From: an uncultured delta proteobacterium
GTDB lineage: Bacteria; Desulfobacterota; Binatia; Binatales; Binataceae
Reading direction: 5' to 3'
DNA length: 64,000 nucleotides
Assembly: GCA_963789835.1 (NCBI GenBank)
Contig: CAWBMF010000006.1
Coordinates: 73,491 to 137,490, forward strand
A model generated the notes under the pieces. That model made no database searches. It saw nothing but the letters and a program-made list of their open reading frames with translations, and was not told the DNA's origin. Shown here piece after piece: positions 57,601 to 64,000 of the stretch. Made by a program: the position numbers and the translations under genes. How positions within the stretch are numbered: the stretch's first letter is position 1; each line of letters opens with the position of its first letter.

Positions 57601-58082
57601 CGATCGCAATCGAAGAGACGAGCCGCCAAAGCGGCCGGCCTCATGGCAAGCGCTTCGGCACGCTCGTGCATCTGACGATGCTGCGCGCGCCGATCGACGC
57701 GGACGCGCGCCAGATTGGCAGGATCGCGGAGAGCGCGGCCAAGATGATCGGCGCGACGGAGGATGAGGTCGCGGCGGCTACGACTGCGGTGGAAGCGGCG
57801 CTCAAGTCTCCGCTGATGCTGCGCGCCAAAGCTGCGCAGACGGTGATGCGTGAATGTCCGCTGATGATCAAGCTCGAAGACGGCACCGCGGTTGAGGGAA
57901 TCGCGGACTTGGCGTTCGCGGAGAATACCGGCGATGGCGCAGTCTGGACGGTGGTCGATTTCAAGACCGACGTTGAGGTCGCGCCGCGGCTCGACGAATA
58001 TCGCACGCAGATCAGGTTCTATGTGCGCGCGGTCCGGGAGAGCACGGGGCGGCCGGCCAGCGGGGCTATATTGTGGATATGA
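54615..58082 (+). CDS. addA: AddA-type UvrD/Rep superfamily-1 helicase-nuclease
   Basis: Inner ATG 54615 of track ORF 54507..58082. EAAAGTGKTT (Walker A), VTFTEKAAGEL, FVDEFQDTDPLQ, IVGDPKQSIYRFRRAD, MTVHRAKGLEF, YVATTRAR. C-terminal nuclease IADLAF...VVDFKTD. Confidence 0.88.
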   Translation: MTLMNPTLISDQAVRDRIRDDLDVTLVIEAAAGTGKTTALVNRIVSVIGSGRGELARIVAVTFTEKAAGELKLRLRAEIERARQGTEPSSEGRARFDLALKQLEEARIGTIHSFCADLLRERPVEARVDPMFEVAPEDVAGEMFDAAFERWFERILDQPGEGMRRLLRRRDLSARTGPRDIARHAALELMNWRDFDSPWQHSPFARDAEIDAIIAEVEALGKLGELGEDDDWLAKSLQDIAKPVNESTRLEPVRGRDYDALESVLIRLCTGRHWNWKGYGGGFGEVERDEIFRRRAALHERLKKFRDDAGANLAPLLRDELWPVVGIYEDLKRRAGRLDFLDLLLVARNLVRDNPAVRAELQHRFTHIFVDEFQDTDPLQAEILLLLSAADDGETNWLKVRPIPGKLFIVGDPKQSIYRFRRADVSLYQAVKQLLLMHGAQLEHLTVSFRATPSIQTMVNAAFAPLMSAESGTQPRYAPLTPYRAEPTSQPSIVVLPVPEPYGDFGRVVNWKIDDSLPEAIAAYARWLVHESGWTVTEREAPEVRVPIRPRHICILFRRMNSFGRDVTRPYLRALEARHLPHVLVKGGSFNEREEVIAMRNLLGAIERPDDELTVFAALHGPVFALSDAALLEFRMTLGSLHPFRRLPDDLPESLKEVKGALEVIKGLHRGRNRRPIAETIATLLATTRAHAGFAIWPTGEQALANVMRIMDQARRYEARGGTTSFRAFVDELEARAERDEASETPIVEEGTEGVRIMTVHRAKGLEFPVVILADITCNETRERASRYIEPASKLAAMELAGCAPRELQVNQAREHERDQEEAIRLLYVATTRARDLIVVPAVGDDPQESDGWLARLNPVIYPANAERRAPVSSHPAGCPEFGDDSVLTRPPKAPGKVKSVSPGLHRAQTGEHQIVWWDPRLLILNVEEKMGLRQDRLLQADESRQISDRGIKLHEDWSARRAEMLAAGTTPRLNVATATELALAAPAGGPASAETIAIEETSRQSGRPHGKRFGTLVHLTMLRAPIDADARQIGRIAESAAKMIGATEDEVAAATTAVEAALKSPLMLRAKAAQTVMRECPLMIKLEDGTAVEGIADLAFAENTGDGAVWTVVDFKTDVEVAPRLDEYRTQIRFYVRAVRESTGRPASGAILWI

Positions 58083-58153
58083 GGGAGTCAAAATTCCGCG
58101 GTTGGTGCGTGTCGCCGGTTTGTGCTGAAATCCCGGCGCGAGGCTAACCGAAT

Positions 58154-59254
58154 ATGGCGATGGACATTATCTATGGCGAACGAGCGAATCCCGGCGTCGA
58201 GGCGGACGCTGCCGGCGGCGGCCTGTGGCTTAATCGCGCTGACCTCAAGCGCGTCGCGGGATGGGAGTACAAGCCGCAGGGATTCTGCAAGGGCGAGGTC
58301 TGCGTGCCGGTGCCCGACGCGCGCAAGGACGAGTTCGTCGACGCGGGGGGCCGATACAATCTGGCGGCGCTCGCGACTCTGATCGGACAGCCGGTCGTGG
58401 TCGACGCGGAGTTCAACGTAGCGTGCGTCGGCGAGGCCGCGTCAGAACGAAAGCGGATGCTGACGTCGCTCGACGCGCCGGATTTCACGCTGCCCGATCT
58501 CGACGGCAAGATGCATTCGCTCTCCGACTATCGCGGCAAGAAAGTTTTCGTCGTCTCATGGGCGTCGTGGTGAGGATGCCGCTTTGACCTGCCAGTCTGG
58601 CAGGCCCTTTACGAAGAACTCGGACCGAACGGATTCATGCCGATAGCGATCGCATTCGATAGCGGCGGCAACGCGGCGACCGAGCCGTGGATCAAAGCGG
58701 CCAAGCCCACCTACCCGTGCCTGATCGATCGGCGGCATATCGTTGCCGAGCTTTACGACATGGTCAATGTGCCGACTGCAGTGTGGATCGACGAGCGCGG
58801 GAAAATTGTGCGGCCCAGTGAGCCCGCCGGCGTGACCGACGCGTTCAGAAAAATGAACCGGACCAATTTTTCGATTCCCACCGACGCGATGAACGAGCTG
58901 CAGGCCAAGCGCAAGGCCTACCAGGACGCGATTCGCGATTGGGTGGCGAACGGATCGAACAGCCGCTTCGCGCTCAGCGAGGCGGAAGTGCTCAAGCGGA
59001 TGCATACGCCGGACGACAGCCAGGTTCGCGCGGCGGCGAATTTCCGGCTCGGCGAATACCTGTTCGAGAATGGACACGCGGAGGCGGCGAAGAAATATTT
59101 CGAGGAAGCCAAGCGGCTGCGGCCGGAAAGCTGGAACTACAAGCGGCAGGCATGGGCGCTCGAGGATCCGATGAAGGCAGGCGGCCCGGAGTTCTGGGCG
59201 GCGGTCGATTCGCTGGGTGACGGCAAGTATTACCCCGGACCGGAGGACATCTAA
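58154..59254 (+). CDS. thioredoxin-fold (TlpA/ResA/AhpC-TSA-like) selenoprotein candidate, in-frame UGA at 58571..58573
   Basis: Track ORFs 58154..58573 and 58637..59254 share one frame, separated by a single TGA and 21 sense codons. The joined sequence DFTLPDLDGKMHSLSDYRGKKVFVVSWASW-U-GCRFDLPVWQALYEELGPNGFMPIAIAFDS puts TGA where TlpA-like proteins have the first Cys of WCxxC. selD and selB lie 16-20 kb away. Confidence 0.75.
58588..58604 (+). promoter_or_regulatory. candidate bacterial SECIS hairpin
   Basis: CCTGCCA GTC TGGCAGG (7-bp stem with G/U in the apical loop) starts 14 nt after the UGA at 58571..58573, within the usual bacterial SECIS spacing. Confidence 0.5.
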
Positions 59255-59270
59255 GCGACCCCCGCACCGA

Positions 59271-60171
59271 ATGGTTAATCGCGAGATATTAGTTGTCGGC
59301 TACGGCTCGTTGCTCAGCGGGTACGGGTTGCTCGCCGAGCGGCGCGGCGGCGCGAGCCGGTTAGTCGCGCGCGATGTGCATCCGGTCGTGATTCATAATG
59401 CGCGGCGCGGACTCGCGAAGCCTTCGAGTCATGGCAAATATCTCGCGATGGATATCGAGCCGGTCGAGCGCAGTGCTCCGATCACAGCGTCGATTGCGGC
59501 CGATGACCGCGTCGGTGGGATTGGCGGGCTGCTGCTGACGTTCGCGCGTGATTGTGCACCGCTGATCGCGCGGCGCGAGGAATACGATCCTGATGCGTTC
59601 GAGCGGTTGATCGGGATTGCCGAGCGCGCGGGCAAGCCGCTGGGCGAGTATCTGATTGAGATCGCGCGCGCGACGAATTTCGATTTGCTCGACTATCGGA
59701 TCAAGCTGCGCTCGCTGCTCGACTACACGTCGCCGGGATATATTTTCCATCCGATCGAAATCGACGACGGTCGAATCGCCATCATTGCGATCGGTTCGGG
59801 CTTCGATGGCAGCGGCGATCCGAAGATCGTTTCGCGGCGGCGGGAATTCGGGATGGAGCGGCTGCTGTCGCTCGACGAGTCATTGCGTAGCTGAACTTCG
59901 CCAATTCGATCGCGCGGGACAAATCGGATACTACGCCGAGTGTATTCTCGGCGGGCTGCATGGGCTGGACGTTGGCGACCTGGCGGCGGGATTCGACGCC
60001 GATGCGGGATGCGCACGCGAGCTCGCCGATCATCTCGGGCCGATAGCGCGGGGCGAGCGCGAGCGCTTTCTCGAGGCCACCTCGCTCGACGCGGTCCGCT
60101 ACGGCGAGCGGTTTTCGAATCGACGACCGCCGAGCATGGCGACATTTCTGAAGCTGGCGGGAGTAGTATAG
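59271..60171 (+). CDS. hypothetical protein with GGCT/ChaC-like N-terminal YGSL motif (apparent frameshift near 59870-59895)
   Basis: ATG 59271: MVNREILVVGYGSLLSGYG... in track ORF 59217..59894. It continues as ...VAELRQFDRAGQIGYYAECILGGLHGLDVGDL... in track ORF 59656..60171. Function unknown. Confidence 0.5.
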
Positions 60172-60181
60172 TTACGAGTCG

Positions 60182-60682
60182 ATGGCAGCGAAATTTTCAA
60201 TTCATGTTGCGAAAGAAAATCTGAAATTTTCGGCGGCTCATTTTATTGCGTATCCGGGTTTTCGCGAGCCGCTCCATGGCCACAACTACCAGGTCGGCGT
60301 GTACGTCGAAGGGCGGCTGGCGCAGACCGGCTACGTGATCGATTTCGGGCTGATCAAGAAACTGACCAAGGAGATCGTCGACCGGCTCGACGAGCGCACG
60401 ATCATCCCCGGCAACAGCGACTGCCTTGCGCTCGACGGACCTGCCAATGGCGTCGTGCGAATCCGCTACGAGAAGGACGAGTTCGTGCTGCCGGCCGCCG
60501 ACGTGTGTGTCGTGCCGATTGTGCATAGCTCGGCCGAAGAACTCGCGCGCTATATCTGGGACGAGTTGGCGGCGGCGTTGCGCGCGCGCGGCGCGCTGTC
60601 GGAAGTGACGACGATGGAAATCTCGGTCGCCGAGGGGCCGGGACAATCGGCGCACTACCGCAACTCGACTGAAGACATCTGA
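60182..60682 (+). CDS. 6-pyruvoyl-tetrahydropterin synthase / QueD-like family protein
   Basis: 166 aa. FSAAHFIAYPGFREPLHGHNYQVGVYVEG (zinc-binding His triad pattern of PTPS), GYVIDFGLIK. Confidence 0.8.
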   Translation: MAAKFSIHVAKENLKFSAAHFIAYPGFREPLHGHNYQVGVYVEGRLAQTGYVIDFGLIKKLTKEIVDRLDERTIIPGNSDCLALDGPANGVVRIRYEKDEFVLPAADVCVVPIVHSSAEELARYIWDELAAALRARGALSEVTTMEISVAEGPGQSAHYRNSTEDI

Positions 60683-60830
60683 TCGTGTGTTCTGCTGGTA
60701 ACCATAAGACGACTTAGCTTTGTCTATTCTGCTCACTGGTAGTCATCGACCTGTCAACTACGCGGGCGGCATGAGACGATTCTGCACGTGACCTGGCGGG
60801 CAAAGATTTTACCGCCAGTTACGAAGCGGG

Positions 60831-61869
60831 ATGGCATTGCAACCGAAATTCGCGGAGGTCGAGACGCCGTTTGCGGTCGAGCGGGCGCTGGTCGGAGAGC
60901 ATCCGGCGATCGTGAAGCTGCGCGCGTTGATCGAGCGCGTCGCGCCGACCGAAGTGACGGTGCTTATAACCGGCGAGAGCGGCACCGGCAAGGAAGTTGT
61001 CGCGCAGGCGATACATACGCTGTCGCCGCGCAGCGCGCAGCCGTTCGTGCCGGTGAACTGCGCAGCGATTCCGCATGACCTGCTCGAGTCCGAGATGTTC
61101 GGGCATGAGCGGGGTGCGTTCACGGGCGCGGCGGGATCGCGTCACGGGCTGCTGACGACTGCCGATCGCGGCACGATCTTTCTTGACGAAATCGGCGAGA
61201 TGCCGGGTGCGCTGCAGGCCAAGTTGCTGCGCGTGCTCGAGGACGGCGTGGTGCGTCCGGTCGGCGCGGACCGGGGCGACGCGCGTCAACGTGCGCGTGA
61301 TCGCGGCGAGCAACGTCGATCTCGGCGCGGCGGTGGCGAAGGGCACGTTTCGCGAGGACCTCTTCTATCGATTGCAGGTGGTGCCGATAGTGATCGCGCC
61401 GGTGCGCGAGCGGCGCTCGGACATACCGCTGCTGACCGAGCACTTCCTCGAGCGCGTGCGCGATCGGACGCCGGCGCGCGAACTCGCGATCAGCCGGGAA
61501 GCGATGGTGGCGTTGTGGTCGTACGATTGGCCGGGCAATGTGCGCGAGCTCGAGAATATGATCGAGCGGCTCGCGATCATGTGCGAGGACTCGATTATCG
61601 ACACGTCGATTCTGCCTGAGAACCTGGTTGCGAGCGCGCGTCCCGCTACGGCTCCAATCAAGGTCAAGATGAATAACGGCGGAATGAACCTCAACAACTT
61701 GGTACGAGAATTGGAAGGAAGGTTGATCAACGACGCGCTGAAGCAAACCGGAGGGAACAAGCAGGCTGCGGCGCGGCTGCTTGGACTCAAGCGGACGACA
61801 TTTTCCGCGAAGCTGAGGCGCTGCGGTGTGATAGCCCCGGCATCTTTGGACGAAAGCCGGGAAGGCTAG
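60831..61869 (+). CDS. sigma-54-dependent transcriptional activator, AAA+ plus Fis-type HTH only (apparent frameshift near 61265-61275)
   Basis: [19 protein letters not shown] (Walker A), ERGAFTGA (GAFTGA sigma-54 contact loop), IFLDEIGEM. Then the frame shifts at a GGGG run into [11 protein letters not shown]...FREDLFYRL...[10 protein letters not shown]...[20 protein letters not shown] (track ORF 61183..61869). Confidence 0.88.
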
Positions 61870-61885
61870 GCGAGCAGGGAATCCT

Positions 61886-62338
61886 ATGGACGAACCAAAC
61901 AGGCCGCCACAGATATTGGTGGTCGACGACGATCAGGACACTATCGCGATCCTCGCCCGCCATTTGGAGCGCGAAGGCTTTGTCCCAATAGAGGCCAACT
62001 CGGGCGCCCAGTGTCTCAAAATGGTGCATGAGAACGAAGTCGACGTGATTCTGCTCGACCTGATGATGCCCGAGATGGACGGCTTCCAGGTCGTGAAGGC
62101 GCTCAGGGACGATCCGGTGACGGCGGAAATCCCGATCATCATGATTACCGCGCGCGACGATTTGGATGCGCGCGCCGAGGGGATGCGGCTGGGAGTCAGC
62201 GACTTTCTCGCCAAGCCGGTATTTCGGCGCCAGCTCGCGAGCCGCGTCCGCGCACAGCTCGAAGTGGTCGCGACGGCGCGCAATGCGACCGACACGATGG
62301 ATCGCCTCGAAGCGGCGCGCAAGAATCACTCGCCGTAA
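61886..62338 (+). CDS. stand-alone response-regulator receiver protein
   Basis: 150 aa. ILVVDDDQD, DVILLDLMMPEMDG (phospho-acceptor Asp), IIMITA, FLAKP. No output domain. Confidence 0.9.
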   Translation: MDEPNRPPQILVVDDDQDTIAILARHLEREGFVPIEANSGAQCLKMVHENEVDVILLDLMMPEMDGFQVVKALRDDPVTAEIPIIMITARDDLDARAEGMRLGVSDFLAKPVFRRQLASRVRAQLEVVATARNATDTMDRLEAARKNHSP

Positions 62339-62465
62339 GCCGGCTCGCCGCAGTGCGCGCGCTGCATCGGAGCGCATTGCGATCATCTCACCCATTCGAC
62401 TACAAATTAGTGCCTGACGATCGCTCCCACGATCATCGTTTCCGCATGGCAAGGAGAAATTCGCG

Positions 62466-62834
62466 ATGAACGGTGAGACCCGAAAACCGCAAGCCAACGT
62501 GATTGCGGCACTGGCATACCTGGTGTTCTTCGTCAGCGGGGTGATTTTTCTTTATCTCGAGCCCTACAACCAGGACGAGTTCATCCGGTTTCACGCGCGT
62601 CAATCGATCGGCTTCTCGCTGGCGTGGATCGGGATCAGTATCGTGTTCGCCGTTTTTATCGCCGTCATGCCGCATGGCATCGGCGCGCTGCTCGGTTTCA
62701 TTCAGACCTTGGTCGACATCGCGCTGGCGGTTTATTGGGTCTTCCTGATGTACGAAGCCTACAACGGCGAGCGCTACCGGATTCCCGAGCTGGCCGACAT
62801 CGTCGATAGCATCGCCGGCACTCCGGCCGCGTAA
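62466..62834 (+). CDS. DUF4870-like small membrane protein
   Basis: AAGGAG SD. 122 aa with three TM helices. AALAYLVFFVSGVIFLYLEPYNQDEFIRFHARQSIGF fits the DUF4870 pattern. Confidence 0.65.
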   Translation: MNGETRKPQANVIAALAYLVFFVSGVIFLYLEPYNQDEFIRFHARQSIGFSLAWIGISIVFAVFIAVMPHGIGALLGFIQTLVDIALAVYWVFLMYEAYNGERYRIPELADIVDSIAGTPAA

Positions 62835-62867
62835 CCAATCGCGTTCGCGCCGCGGCGACTCCGAAAT

Positions 62868-64000
62868 CTACTTTTGTGCCGGCGTGGTACCGGCGACGGC
62901 GATAGTCTTTGCTTCGATCGCCGCGTCCCCGGCCGCCTGTCCGTCGGCGGATTGCGCGTCGGCGGCGGCTACCACGGCTTCTTCAGGGTTGGCAGGCGGC
63001 GGAACCTGCGACTGGATATTCGCGGTTCCCTGCGGCGACAGGCACAGACGGGGCTCTTTGTTGATCGCGTCGAGCACGCGGCGCGAGATTTCGTCGGTGA
63101 TTTGCGGCGCCGTGTAAGTCTCGGCCGGATAGCGAATGATTATTTCCAGGCCGGACTGGCTCAGATGCAGCCGGCTCTGCGGCTTGGGCGTCTCGAGCAT
63201 GACGTTGAGATCGCGCTCGAGATGCCGGTAGTCGCGCATCACGCGATCGCGGTAGCGCGCGAACACTTCGTCGACCGCGTCGAGGATGCGCTTCTCGGCC
63301 AGCCGGTAGTCGACGTCGGGCGCGAGCGTCAGCCGCACCTCGTTCCACACAAAGCTGGTGCCGGGCGCCTGCTTGAAGAAGTTGCCCGACGGCTGAAACA
63401 CGATCGCGTTGGAGAACACCGCCACGCGGCCGGTGGGCTCGCGATGCGTCCCGGTGCCGCCGAGTTCCATCAGCGAGAGTTTCACCAGCCCGATGTCGAT
63501 CACGTCGCCAGTGACGCCGCCAATCTGGACGCGGTCGCCGGCTTTGATTCCGAATCGGCCGATTAAAAAAAAGTAGCCAGCGACCGACAGGATCACATTC
63601 TGCAGCGCCAGCGCGATGCCGGCGGCGGCGAATCCCACCACGGTCGCGGCCGATCCGATCTCGTCGGAGAAATTCAGCAGCAGGACGATCAGGATCATCA
63701 GGCCGATCGCGAGGCGGCGCGCCGCCATCACCTGCCCACGGCGGCGAATGTCGGTCACGTAGCGATTGGTGAGCCATCGCCACACCAGCCCGCCCGCGAA
63801 AATCAGCAGCAAGGAAGCGGCCAGCACAATCAGGCGGATTAAGAGCCTTCGGAGTTCCCGATTCCGGCGCTGTGAAACCGCGTCGTGCCATCTGCCGACA
63901 TTGTCGGTGTAAATCCCCAGCAGCACGATCTGCTTGCTGAGTGGGATCGCGGCGGCGCTCAGGAGCTTATGCTCCGCGAGCAGGTTCTCGAACGATTGCT
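62868..64000 (-). CDS. mechanosensitive ion channel (MscS family) protein, 5' end beyond window
   Basis: GYFFLIGRFGIKAGDRVQIGGVTGDVIDIGLVKLSLME is an MscS beta-domain motif. The frame stays open upstream of the listed GTG (63926) to position 64000 (...QSFENLLAEHKLLSAAAIPLSKQIVLLGIY), so the gene is probably truncated by the window. Confidence 0.8.
   Translation of the reverse strand, partial: QSFENLLAEHKLLSAAAIPLSKQIVLLGIYTDNVGRWHDAVSQRRNRELRRLLIRLIVLAASLLLIFAGGLVWRWLTNRYVTDIRRRGQVMAARRLAIGLMILIVLLLNFSDEIGSAATVVGFAAAGIALALQNVILSVAGYFFLIGRFGIKAGDRVQIGGVTGDVIDIGLVKLSLMELGGTGTHREPTGRVAVFSNAIVFQPSGNFFKQAPGTSFVWNEVRLTLAPDVDYRLAEKRILDAVDEVFARYRDRVMRDYRHLERDLNVMLETPKPQSRLHLSQSGLEIIIRYPAETYTAPQITDEISRRVLDAINKEPRLCLSPQGTANIQSQVPPPANPEEAVVAAADAQSADGQAAGDAAIEAKTIAVAGTTPAQK

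Noticed and set aside
51349-58082. PD-(D/E)XK nuclease plus UvrD-like helicase pair as a possible anti-phage system (Gabija-like or similar).
   Set aside because: The sizes (1089 and 1155 aa), the gene order B-A with ATGA coupling, the AddB-type Cys cluster and the C-terminal nuclease on the helicase all fit the housekeeping AddAB recombination complex.

Overview
GC-rich bacterial chromosome segment with diderm features (YidC with a large periplasmic domain, a lipobox lipoprotein), covering the origin-proximal partition locus. 0-13 kb: rpmH-rnpA-yidD-yidC-jag on the minus strand diverge from mnmE-mnmG-rsmG-parA-parB on the plus strand, and four parS palindromes bracket rsmG. 13-17.6 kb: assorted enzymes (YncE-like propeller, GNAT, WS/DGAT, VOC). 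17.8-27.9 kb: a seven-gene Ser/Thr phospho-signalling operon (vWA, three FHA, two kinases, pseudokinase-PP2C, lipoprotein). This is the best candidate for an uncharacterised system. 28-35 kb: gnd-zwf-fbp-glk-SDR-fbaB-enoyl-CoA hydratase. 35.2-37.3 kb: an A/T-richer islet with small orphan genes and cspA. 37.4-42.2 kb: LLM oxidoreductase, selD (itself a UGA-encoded selenoprotein), an orphan secreted protein, selB. 42.2-51.2 kb: LEH-like protein, ABC transporter, GT-C-like membrane protein, DUF2231, LLM-VOC-LLM. 51.3-58.1 kb: addB-addA. 58.2-64 kb: a thioredoxin-fold selenoprotein candidate (in-frame TGA plus downstream hairpin), a GGCT-like orphan, PTPS/QueD-like, a sigma-54 activator plus receiver, DUF4870, and an MscS-like gene that runs off the window. 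Non-coding DNA contains three families of REP-like hairpin repeats. The main one (REP-A, three modular hairpins) has 11 copies, all in the first 26 kb. At least 13 genes are interrupted by single apparent frameshifts, most simply explained by indel errors in the sequence. No rRNA, tRNA, CRISPR, transposase or prophage genes were recognised by eye.
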